Positions 1-8,320 of a stretch of 26,036 bases of DNA are shown here, piece by piece (position 1 is the first letter of the stretch; each line of letters begins with the position of its first letter). Location of the stretch: assembly GCA_964489675.1 (NCBI GenBank), contig CAZAZO010000002.1, positions 1 to 26,036 on the forward strand, written 5' to 3'. This DNA is from Candidatus Woesearchaeota archaeon. Its GTDB lineage: Archaea > Nanobdellota > Nanobdellia > Pacearchaeales > GW2011-AR1. Position numbers and translations under genes: made by a program. Under the pieces are notes generated by a model. That model did not search any database, was not told where the DNA came from, and saw only the letters and a program-made list of their open reading frames with translations.

Positions 1-2
1 CT

Positions 3-449
3 ACAGCCACATGTGGTGAGGGGTACGGTTTGCCAATTTTTGAAGCAGCATATTCGGGCATGCCTGTTATAGCAACTGATTGGTCCGGTCATTTAGACTT
101 TTTAAGCGCTCCATATAAAGAAAATGGAAAAACAAAAGATAAGAAATTGTTTGCAAAGGTTAACTACACTTTAGCAGAGATTGATGATGCTGTTGTTTGG
201 GATGGTGTGTTGGTAAAGGGCAGTAAATGGGCATACGTTAACCCTGCTTCATACAAAACTCAGCTTCGCAAAGTTTACAAAAGTTATGGTATGTACAAAA
301 AATGGGCCACCGCCTTGCAAAAGCACATTCTAAAAACTCATAAAAAAGAAGATATAATTCAAAAGTTTGTGAACTCACTAGGTATTGAGCCTGAAACCCC
401 AGAAGTCATTGACTGGATGAGTAGTCAGCAAGAGATTGAACAACTCTAG
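3..449 (+). CDS. Glycosyltransferase family 4 (GT-B), C-terminal part; 5'-truncated by the window edge
   Basis: The frame is open from nt 3 and reads TATCGEGYGLPIFEAAYSGMPVIATDWSGHLDFL, containing the GT4 E-x7-E motif (EGYGLPIFE) followed by G-x-P-V-I-A-T. The track start at 30 (TTG) is internal. Confidence 0.85.
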   Translation, partial: TATCGEGYGLPIFEAAYSGMPVIATDWSGHLDFLSAPYKENGKTKDKKLFAKVNYTLAEIDDAVVWDGVLVKGSKWAYVNPASYKTQLRKVYKSYGMYKKWATALQKHILKTHKKEDIIQKFVNSLGIEPETPEVIDWMSSQQEIEQL

Positions 450-451
450 TA

Positions 452-2095
452 ATGAAAAATATAGTTTTTATATCAGATTTTTTTTTGAAAGATGGGGTAC
501 ACGGTGGTGCAGAACAATTTAATGAAAATCTGTTATCTTTGTTATCCCAAAAATATAAAATATCCAGACTCAATAGTCATAATGCCACTCCTGACATCAT
601 AGAGGCAGGCAAAGAATCTTTTTTTATAATTTCTAATTTCATGAATCTCTCTGAGGCTTGTAAGAAGCTTTTATTTACAAAAAAGTATATCATCCTTGAG
701 CATGACCATAAGTATATAACGAACAATGATCCTTCCAAATTCGTCAACATGATTGCACCTCAGAACAAGATATGGAATTTAGAATTTTTTCAAAAAGCTC
801 AAGCAGTACTTTGTCAGAGTAAAATACACGCCGAAGTCGCGCAGAAAAATCTATTAGTAAACAACATTATTAATCTTTCTTGTAATTTGTGGTCAGACGA
901 ACAATTGGAATTCTTATCTTCTTTTGTGGGCAAAGAAAAGGTGATAAAAAATTCCATTATAGATTCTAACAACAAAAACAAGGGTACCCCAAGCGCCATT
1001 AAATACTGTCAAGACAACAATATCGAATTCAACCGTATAGGTTGGCTAGAATATCCACAATTTCTAGAACAACTAGCGAAGACAGAGACATTAATATTTT
1101 TTCCACAATGGTTGGAATCATTTAACCGTTTAGTTGTCGAGGCTAAAATCTTGGGATGTAAAATAACAACGAATAAATTAGTGGGGGTAGCAAGTGAAGA
1201 ATGGTTCCGCAATGCAAAGCCAGAGGACATTATACCCATCCTCAAAGAGAAGAGAGAACACGTATTAAAAATATTTGAAACACTCATAGAAGAAAAAGAG
1301 CACAATTTATTAATTCCAGAAATTAAAATACCAAAAGTGTCCATTATAACCTCCTTGTATAAGGGTGGTAAATTTATTAAGAGATTTATGGAAAATATAA
1401 CATCACAGACGTGTTTTGATAAGTGTGAATTGATAATTCTAGACGCAAACTCACCGGACAAAGAATATGAGACAACTATTAAGGGTTACTTGGATGAATA
1501 TAACAACATAAAATACAAGAGACTCAAAGACCGAAAGTCTGTTCAAGAAACAATGAACTTGGGGCTAGGACTTGCAACCGGTGAGATATTAACCATAGCT
1601 AGTGTTGACGACTTTCGACACCCCGAACACATTCGGACACTATCTTCTGCATTGGTTGTGGACTCGACTGTAGATTTGGTGTACGCAGACTGTTATCAAT
1701 CATCAGAGTTAGCTGCTAAATTCGAAGAATGTGACAAAAACAACAAATATGAACATTCTATGTTTAAATTCACAAAAGAAAATATGATAAAATGTCTCCC
1801 GGGACCAATGCCGGTGTGGAGAAGGTCTGTACACACCAAAACTGGGAACTTTGACGAAAAATATAAATATGCAGGAGACTGGGATATGTGGCTAAGAATG
1901 GTCAGAGAGGGAAGCAAATTTAAAAAAATAGAGCAAGGTTTAGGAATTTATTATTTTAATCCCGAAGGCTTATCTACATCTGCTGATAACCACAGAGAAA
2001 AGTTTAAAGAGGAAAGAGAAGTATTTAACAAAAACAAGGATATTTTTGGAGACAGAATCACAAACATGTTTGAGGGTTATTTTAATGGAAGATAG
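452..2095 (+). CDS. Two-domain glycosyltransferase: N-terminal GT-B (GT4-like) fused to C-terminal GT2 (GT-A)
   Basis: N-half has DFFLKDGVHGGAE and FFPQWLESFNRLVVEAKILGC (E-x7-E). C-half has KVSIITSLYKGGKFI, LIILDANSPD, DLVYAD and AGDWDMWLR, all typical GT2 motifs. Confidence 0.8.
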   Translation: MKNIVFISDFFLKDGVHGGAEQFNENLLSLLSQKYKISRLNSHNATPDIIEAGKESFFIISNFMNLSEACKKLLFTKKYIILEHDHKYITNNDPSKFVNMIAPQNKIWNLEFFQKAQAVLCQSKIHAEVAQKNLLVNNIINLSCNLWSDEQLEFLSSFVGKEKVIKNSIIDSNNKNKGTPSAIKYCQDNNIEFNRIGWLEYPQFLEQLAKTETLIFFPQWLESFNRLVVEAKILGCKITTNKLVGVASEEWFRNAKPEDIIPILKEKREHVLKIFETLIEEKEHNLLIPEIKIPKVSIITSLYKGGKFIKRFMENITSQTCFDKCELIILDANSPDKEYETTIKGYLDEYNNIKYKRLKDRKSVQETMNLGLGLATGEILTIASVDDFRHPEHIRTLSSALVVDSTVDLVYADCYQSSELAAKFEECDKNNKYEHSMFKFTKENMIKCLPGPMPVWRRSVHTKTGNFDEKYKYAGDWDMWLRMVREGSKFKKIEQGLGIYYFNPEGLSTSADNHREKFKEEREVFNKNKDIFGDRITNMFEGYFNGR

Positions 2096-3110
2096 GAAAT
2101 ATTTAGTTATCGATTCAAGGCCATACGGCTTTTTCTCAATTTTTATGCACACTATAGACAACCTCAAGTGGGCCGATGACCATGGTTACACTCCAGTAGT
2201 CCGTTGGGGCCCGGGCAGAACAGATGTAAACAAGAATCGCCCCGGAGCCGAAAAGGCATCAAGGCTAGCAAACCCAGTCCACGTAGGCACAGAGCCAAAC
2301 TTTTCGGAATTGTCAGACGATTCTCTTAGAGAGGGGTGTTTATATCTGGACGCGTCCAGGTCTGGTGAGTCATCATATTCTTGTTGGGAACACTTCTTTG
2401 AACCTGTCTCTGAATATTCAATTGAACAAGCAATAAATTCAAAACATAAAGTTTCAGATATTTTTCAAGTTGGTTTTCACGATTTGGATGTTTCATCTCT
2501 GGAAAGGAAATTTTTAATATTTAATTTACATAGTTATACGCCTTTAAACCTATGGGTGTATTGTTATAATAAAATGCAGACACTTCAAAAGCACCGACAA
2601 AGGGTATTTTATTATATTAACAAATTTATCAAAGTGAAGCCGAATATTAAGCAGAAGGTGGATTCTTTCGTAGAGGAGCATTTTACAGAAAATGTTATAG
2701 GTGTACACATAAGAGGAACAGATAAGTCTTCAGAATCAACTATTGGTCAAAGACCTTTTATTTCTGTGGAGGACTATATTAGAGATACTGAAAAGGCCCT
2801 TGAGAGTAAACCAGGTGCGTCCATATTTATAGCTTCGGACAATAACGAGGCAATTGGGAAGATGTTTAATCGTTTTCCAAATAATAAAATTATTGTATAC
2901 AAGTGCACAAGAATGTCTTCATATTCTTCACAGACGCCAGTCCATCTTTCGGAGGCCGCTGGTCCTGCAATAGGCGAGGAGGCATTAATAGATTGTTTGC
3001 TATTGTCGAAATGCAACCATTTGGTATGCACCGACTCTAACTTGGCTGCAGCCGCACTATACTTTAATCCTAACAGTACATTGTCTTTTGTGAATTTGAA
3101 AGGAAATTAA
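2085..3110 (+). CDS. NodZ/GT23-like (fucosyltransferase-like) glycosyltransferase, paralog 1
   Basis: Motifs VIGVHIRGTDK, IFIASDNNEAI and EEALIDCLLLSKCNHLVCTDSN match the GDP-fucose-binding motifs of the NodZ/FUT8/O-fucosyltransferase superfamily. Start reassigned to ATG 2085 (SD-like GAGGGT at 2072-2077; aligns with the paralog N-terminus). Confidence 0.7.
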   Translation: MEDRKYLVIDSRPYGFFSIFMHTIDNLKWADDHGYTPVVRWGPGRTDVNKNRPGAEKASRLANPVHVGTEPNFSELSDDSLREGCLYLDASRSGESSYSCWEHFFEPVSEYSIEQAINSKHKVSDIFQVGFHDLDVSSLERKFLIFNLHSYTPLNLWVYCYNKMQTLQKHRQRVFYYINKFIKVKPNIKQKVDSFVEEHFTENVIGVHIRGTDKSSESTIGQRPFISVEDYIRDTEKALESKPGASIFIASDNNEAIGKMFNRFPNNKIIVYKCTRMSSYSSQTPVHLSEAAGPAIGEEALIDCLLLSKCNHLVCTDSNLAAAALYFNPNSTLSFVNLKGN

Positions 3111-3113
3111 AAC

Positions 3114-4151
3114 ATGGATAAGAAATTTTTAATAATAGACTCGCGACCGTATGGTTTATTTTCCATATTTCTACATACGGTAGATAATATCAAATGGGCA
3201 AAGGATAACGACTATATCCCAGTTGTACGTTGGGCCCCTGGTAGAAGAGACTCTAACTACGGAAGAAGGGGAACTATAGAATACAGGGACACTAAAAATG
3301 CAGGAGTTCTTGACAAGAACAACTTTTTAACAGAAGATGCACCCCCCTCATATGGGAACACACCCGGCCTTAAACACTGTCAATGCTTGTATTGGGCACC
3401 GGAGGGCCATCATGGTGAGAAAAACCCGTGGAGGTACTATTTTGAGCCTCTAAACGAGTATACTGTAGAGCAGGCAGAGCAGGCACCACATGATGTTGCC
3501 GATATATTTATGGTTGGAGAATTGGACGACGACTTAGACAACAAATTTTTAATAAAAAGTGTTCACCTTTACGAGCCCTTAATTCTTTGGGATATCCTGG
3601 GTACCGATAAGGAACAAGGCCACAGGCAAGAAGTGAACGATGTTATAAAAGAAAACATTAAAGTTAGAGAGGAAATTTCATTAAAAATAGACGATTTTTA
3701 TAAAAAGCATTTTTCACAAGATAAGAAAACTATAGCAGTACACGTCAGAGGTACAGATAAGAAATTAGAATATCCTCACAAGGCATTGCCAATAGAGGCT
3801 TATAAGATTGCAATACAGAACTACCTAGATAGTTCAGATGAAATCGTAGACTTATATATAGCCTCAGACAATAATGAGGCTATTGGAGAGATAATAGAAG
3901 ACTTTAGAGGTAAGGTTGGAAAAATTATTATATACCCATCTGTTCGAATGCCAAAGTACTTTTCAAAAGACCCAATATGTTTAACCTCTGCAACAGGTCC
4001 GAAACATGGAGAGGAAGTTTTGATAGAGACAATATTGCTTTCTAAGTGTTCGCATCTTATTTGTACAGATTCAAATGTGTCAGCCGGCGCCATGTATATA
4101 AATCCAAATATGTCTATAGACTATTTAAACAGGAAATATGGTTCAAGGTGA
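3114..4151 (+). CDS. NodZ/GT23-like (fucosyltransferase-like) glycosyltransferase, paralog 2
   Basis: Motifs IAVHVRGTDK, LYIASDNNEAI and EEVLIETILLSKCSHLICTDSN; clearly homologous to the upstream ORF along its length. Confidence 0.7.
   Translation: MDKKFLIIDSRPYGLFSIFLHTVDNIKWAKDNDYIPVVRWAPGRRDSNYGRRGTIEYRDTKNAGVLDKNNFLTEDAPPSYGNTPGLKHCQCLYWAPEGHHGEKNPWRYYFEPLNEYTVEQAEQAPHDVADIFMVGELDDDLDNKFLIKSVHLYEPLILWDILGTDKEQGHRQEVNDVIKENIKVREEISLKIDDFYKKHFSQDKKTIAVHVRGTDKKLEYPHKALPIEAYKIAIQNYLDSSDEIVDLYIASDNNEAIGEIIEDFRGKVGKIIIYPSVRMPKYFSKDPICLTSATGPKHGEEVLIETILLSKCSHLICTDSNVSAGAMYINPNMSIDYLNRKYGSR
4120..4127 (+). promoter_or_regulatory. Candidate internal ACTATTTA motif upstream of the transketolase-like genes
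   Basis: Exact ACTATTTA starting 28 nt before GTG 4148, with spacing similar to the 23201 and 23652 sites. It lies inside coding sequence (Asp-Tyr-Leu), so it could be chance. Confidence 0.25.
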
Positions 4152-4897
4152 GAGAGACAAAAAATATAAGAAAAGCAATACTTGAGATGTCTTTCAAATC
4201 GCAAGCAGGGCACATCCCATCAGCTATGTCTATAGTAGAGATATTATACTCTATTTATTCAAGGGTCAAGAAAGATGAAGATGTGTTTATTTTGAGCAAG
4301 GGACATGGTTGTCTTGCTCTATATGCTGTTCTGGTAGAAGTAGGGTTGCTTAATAGGGAAGAATTAGAAAGTTTTTGCAAATATGATAGTATTTTGGGAG
4401 GACACCCTCACAGGCAAAAACATAAGGAGTTCTACTGCTCAGCAGGCTCTCTTGGTCATGGCTTGCCTATGGCCGTTGGAGCGGCTTTGGCTAAGAAGAT
4501 AAAGGGTGAAAAAGGGATAGTATGCTGCTTGATTGGTGATGGGGAATCAAATGAGGGAACAGTCTGGGAGTCATTAATGTTGGCCAAAAACTTAAATTTG
4601 AATAACTTAATATGTATCATAGACAATAATAACTCTCAAACTAGATCAATGCCAGTCCACGCATTGGAAGAAAAAGTCAAGAGTTTTCAATGGCACACAA
4701 AAGTTGTAGATGGCCATAATGTAGAAAACATTACAGAAGCTTTATCTGAAGGCCTCTCCGCGCCACTATGTTTGATTTGTCAAACTACAAAAGGCAAGGG
4801 TATTTCAGAGATGGAGACAAACACATTTGCTTGGCATCATGGACCACCCAACAAAGAACAATATGATAGGTTTGTGAAAGAAGTGGAAAATGCGTAA
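4148..4897 (+). CDS. Transketolase-like protein, N-terminal ThDP-binding subunit
   Basis: Motifs GHIPSAMS, LSKGHG, GHP, GSLGHGLPMAVG, GDGESNEG...DNN (ThDP/Mg motif), DGHN, TTKGKG and WHH. Start reassigned to GTG 4148, which overlaps the upstream TGA and follows AGGA at 4131-4134. Confidence 0.9.
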   Translation: MRETKNIRKAILEMSFKSQAGHIPSAMSIVEILYSIYSRVKKDEDVFILSKGHGCLALYAVLVEVGLLNREELESFCKYDSILGGHPHRQKHKEFYCSAGSLGHGLPMAVGAALAKKIKGEKGIVCCLIGDGESNEGTVWESLMLAKNLNLNNLICIIDNNNSQTRSMPVHALEEKVKSFQWHTKVVDGHNVENITEALSEGLSAPLCLICQTTKGKGISEMETNTFAWHHGPPNKEQYDRFVKEVENA

Positions 4898-5777
4898 ACA
4901 ATTTGCAGATTTGATGATTTCAATGGCCGAAAGGGATGATAAGCTTGTACTTTTAATAGGGGACATTAGTCACCATCTATTGAGAGACTTTGAACAAAAA
5001 TTTCCCAATAGGTTTTACAACGCCGGTATATGTGAACAATCGATTGTTAGTATGGCAGCCGGCCTTGCCGCTGAGGGCTTAAGGCCAGTTGTACACACCA
5101 TTGCACCTTTTTGTGTAGAAAGAGCCTTTGAACAAATAAAAGTAGACTTGTGTTATCAAGATTTACCAGTGACAATTATTTCTGTAGGTTCGTCTTTTGA
5201 CTATGCTCACTTAGGATGTACTCACCACTGTTATGAAGATACATCAATTCTGAGAAGTTTACCTAATATAGATATTTTTGTTCCAGGTTCTTCGGAAGAA
5301 TTTAGAACTTTGTTTGAGGAAACTTGGCACGTTCAAAGGCCAAAGTATTTCAAATTATCAAAAGATGAACATGGTGTAGAAACCAGTGTTGAACCGTACA
5401 AGATGAGTGTTCTTAATAAGGGTGATAAGTCGACAGCTATTTTTGTTAATGGACATCTTTTAAGTGAAGTATATAAAATTGATGATATTGAACAATACAC
5501 TATTGTTTATAGCCCAACTATAGAGCCCATTGATGAACATTCTTTGAAAACAATACACTCCATCCTAAAAACTCACGAAAAAATAGTAACCATAGAAGAA
5601 AACTCGTCAATAGGAAGTTTCGCGGATAAGGTAACTGATATAGCATTTTCCAATAATACTCCTATTTTAAATAAGAAAATAGGTATCCCAAGAGAGTTTC
5701 TGACAAAATATGGAAAAGCATGTGACCATAGGGAGTCATTAGGTCTTGTTGCAAAAAGGATAAAAAATGAATTATAA
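4890..5777 (+). CDS. Transketolase-like protein, C-terminal (pyrimidine-binding plus C-terminal domain) subunit
   Basis: Motifs RFYNAGICEQSIVSMAAGLA, RAFEQIKVDL, GCTHHCYED and IVTIEENS; overlaps the N-subunit gene by 8 nt. Confidence 0.9.
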   Translation: MRKQFADLMISMAERDDKLVLLIGDISHHLLRDFEQKFPNRFYNAGICEQSIVSMAAGLAAEGLRPVVHTIAPFCVERAFEQIKVDLCYQDLPVTIISVGSSFDYAHLGCTHHCYEDTSILRSLPNIDIFVPGSSEEFRTLFEETWHVQRPKYFKLSKDEHGVETSVEPYKMSVLNKGDKSTAIFVNGHLLSEVYKIDDIEQYTIVYSPTIEPIDEHSLKTIHSILKTHEKIVTIEENSSIGSFADKVTDIAFSNNTPILNKKIGIPREFLTKYGKACDHRESLGLVAKRIKNEL

Positions 5778-6831
5778 CCATCATATTATTAGACAAGAAT
5801 GTCAAAGGTTGTTTGAAATAGACAAGTTCGAAGAGTTAAAGAACAAAACCGTATTTGTTGTAGGCGCAAACGGCTTAATAGGTAGTTTTTTGGCAGATTT
5901 TATGGTATTTTTAAACGAAAATGACTATAATATTAGCCTAATATTAAGCTCATATAGTGCCCCTGATAAGGCTGTTCGCATATTACACCTTCAAAACAGA
6001 GATGATGTAAGATACTTTTCATGGGATTGTTCAAAACCGCTACCTCAAAACGCTTTGAAAGAGGAAATCGATGTGACTTTTTTCTGTGCAGGGTATGGAC
6101 AGCCGTCTAAATTTCTCTCAAATAACATAAAGACTACACTGATAAATATTGTTGGTGCGAATAGTATTCTAGATAAACTATCCAGACAAGAAAAAGATAC
6201 AAAATTTACATTTCTAAGTACCAGTGAGATTTATGGAACACCTTCTGTGTATCCGACACCAGAGGAATATCCCTGTCAATTCGATTTAAGTAACAATAGG
6301 GTCGCATATATCCTATCAAAAGCAACAGCTGAAAACTTGTGCGTTCAATATAATAAATTAGAACATCTAGAAACAAAGATAGCTAGAATAGCTTTAACGT
6401 ATGGCCCCGGCACCATGCATAATGACTCTAGAGTCATGCAGGAATTTATTTTTAAGGCAGCTAAAAACGGGAATATATCAATGTTGGACTCAGGCTCCTC
6501 TATAAGGAACTATTTGTATTTAACAGACTCCGCAGAAGCGATCTTAAATGTGACACTTAGAGGTCAGAGTATAGTGTATAATATCGGAGGAGATTCTGAA
6601 GAGGTTAGTATCTATGGTTTAGCTAAACATATAGGCGCTTTGATGGGTACACCAGTTATAAAAGGTGAAGAAAAAAACAAAAATACAAAGTCAGCTCCAT
6701 TGAAAGTTGGCTTGTCAATGAAGAAATATAGGAAAGAATTCCCAAAGTATGGTAATAATATTATTGGCTTGAGTCAGGGAATAGATAGGGTACTAAAGTG
6801 GTACAGACTTATGGAGGTAGAAAATGAATAA
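5767..6831 (+). CDS. NAD-dependent epimerase/dehydratase (extended SDR), UDP-glucuronate decarboxylase (UXS)-like
   Basis: Rossmann motif VVGANGLIGS, STSEIYG, YxxxK (YILSK), ARIALTYGPG, and DSRVMQEFI...GSSIRNYLYLTD resembling the UXS pattern DGRVVSNFI...GSQTR. Exact substrate cannot be assigned. Confidence 0.8.
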   Translation: MNYNHHIIRQECQRLFEIDKFEELKNKTVFVVGANGLIGSFLADFMVFLNENDYNISLILSSYSAPDKAVRILHLQNRDDVRYFSWDCSKPLPQNALKEEIDVTFFCAGYGQPSKFLSNNIKTTLINIVGANSILDKLSRQEKDTKFTFLSTSEIYGTPSVYPTPEEYPCQFDLSNNRVAYILSKATAENLCVQYNKLEHLETKIARIALTYGPGTMHNDSRVMQEFIFKAAKNGNISMLDSGSSIRNYLYLTDSAEAILNVTLRGQSIVYNIGGDSEEVSIYGLAKHIGALMGTPVIKGEEKNKNTKSAPLKVGLSMKKYRKEFPKYGNNIIGLSQGIDRVLKWYRLMEVENE

Positions 6832-7741
6832 ACAAAAGTTAACAGTAAAAGACTTTGAAGAAGCGTGGGGAGAAAAGGTTTCAGATTTTGTCGCAGGAAA
6901 AATTTTAGAATATGACTTTGAATACTCGGAACTCGACCCAGAAACTAGAGAAAAATTGATATTAGAAACGTTAAATCATATAGACTCTGGTTTATATAAA
7001 GCCGGTCCTCACCGGTCAAAAGACTGGGTAAAAGGTTGGGCGGAAAACAGGGATACAAATTCTACAGATTTTTTAGTGCCAAGATACTTTGGAAAATTTC
7101 CACATGTAAGATGGAAGGGGGAACTTGTCAAAACTGAAAGTGAAAACTTTGAATATAGTTGTGCATCTGTATTGCAGTATCACCTATTTGAAAAGTATTT
7201 CAGCACCACGGATAATATTTATGAATTCGGTTGTGGAACTGGGCACAACTTATTGAGGGCCCATGAGGTCAATCCTGCAGCGACAATTCATGGTTTAGAC
7301 TGGGCAGAATCGTCTCAACATACCATTGAGCGCATTAACAAAAGTTTTAACAAAAACTTCAAGTCTAAGAAATTTGATTTTTTTAATGTTGACAAACAAT
7401 TTAAAATTGGCAAAAATTCTGGCGTTTATACTTTCGCAGCACTTGAACAAGTGGGGGAGAAACATACGGGCTTCATAGAATATTTAATATCCCAGAAGCC
7501 TTCTATATGTTTGCATATTGAACCAATATCTGAGTTATTAAAACCAAAAGAGTCATTACTGGACTTTTTAAGTGTTAAGTATTTTGAAGAAAGAAATTAT
7601 TTAAATGGCTTTTATAAAAACTTAAAAAATCTAGAAGATGATGGTATCATAGATATCATACACGCACAAAGAAGCAACATAGGAAGCTTCTACGTTGACG
7701 GGTATTCTGTAGTTGCTTGGAGGCCAAAATGCCACAGTTAG
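6824..7741 (+). CDS. Class I SAM-dependent methyltransferase
   Basis: Motif I IYEFGCGTGHNL, post-motif GLDWA and VYTFAALEQV. Strong SD GGAGGT upstream. Confidence 0.75.
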   Translation: MNKQKLTVKDFEEAWGEKVSDFVAGKILEYDFEYSELDPETREKLILETLNHIDSGLYKAGPHRSKDWVKGWAENRDTNSTDFLVPRYFGKFPHVRWKGELVKTESENFEYSCASVLQYHLFEKYFSTTDNIYEFGCGTGHNLLRAHEVNPAATIHGLDWAESSQHTIERINKSFNKNFKSKKFDFFNVDKQFKIGKNSGVYTFAALEQVGEKHTGFIEYLISQKPSICLHIEPISELLKPKESLLDFLSVKYFEERNYLNGFYKNLKNLEDDGIIDIIHAQRSNIGSFYVDGYSVVAWRPKCHS

Positions 7742-8157
7742 TTTATTCAAAACAAGATAAAGACATATTGTTGTTGGCAATAAATAGAAGAAACGAAATA
7801 TCTGAAAAAAGAGTAGATATTTGCCCCGAGGATCAATACTTGCAGATCTGCACAAAAGTTATGCCCGAAGGATTAACCTTCAAAGCACATAAGCATAACA
7901 AATTAGAGAGAAACACTGATTATACAAATGAAGCGTGGATAATCTTAGAGGGTTCTGTAGCTGCAACTTTTTGGGATATAGATGACGAGAAGATCTTGGA
8001 GACAACTTTAGAATCTGGTGACTGCGCAGTGGTATTCCGAGCTGGACACAGCTTTAAGGTTCTGAAAGAAGGCACTATCTTATATGAAGTAAAATCCGGA
8101 CCATATTATGGTACAGAAAAAGATAAGACTTTTCTGGAGGCCGACAATGATTTATGA
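7729..8157 (+). CDS. WbuC-like cupin-fold metalloprotein
   Basis: Cupin motifs FKAHKH...EAWIILEGS and LESGDCAVVFRAGHSFKV, plus YEVKSGPY. Start reassigned to ATG 7729 after GGAGG at 7719-7723. Confidence 0.7.
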   Translation: MPQLVYSKQDKDILLLAINRRNEISEKRVDICPEDQYLQICTKVMPEGLTFKAHKHNKLERNTDYTNEAWIILEGSVAATFWDIDDEKILETTLESGDCAVVFRAGHSFKVLKEGTILYEVKSGPYYGTEKDKTFLEADNDL

Positions 8158-8320
8158 ATTATGGGATATGGTTTCTCTAGGAGAAGGAGAATCACCCATA
8201 CCACTTACACTCCTAGACAAGAGTGAAAACTTTGAAAACATATATATTAAATTTAATAAAATTATAAAGCACAAGATGTGTGTTATTTTTGTAAGAACAA
8301 GGAACGAAAACAATGACTAA
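8147..8320 (+). CDS. Small hypothetical protein (57 aa)
   Basis: ATG 8147 follows GGAGG at 8136-8140, and the ORF overlaps both neighbours in the same style as the rest of the operon. No recognisable domain. Confidence 0.45.
   Translation: MIYELWDMVSLGEGESPIPLTLLDKSENFENIYIKFNKIIKHKMCVIFVRTRNENND

Noticed and set aside
478-486. T9 homopolymer near the 5' end of the GT fusion gene as a phase-variation switch
   Set aside because: The gene is in frame, and roughly one run of this length is expected by chance in 26 kb at this AT content. Several A8/T8 runs occur elsewhere. Only read-level length variation would revive the idea.
4148-5777. Transketolase pair as a pentose-phosphate auxiliary metabolic gene
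   Set aside because: It is the short split type embedded among nucleotide-sugar genes, with no talC, zwf, gnd or cp12 nearby. A glycan role fits the context better, though the metabolic role is not strictly excluded.
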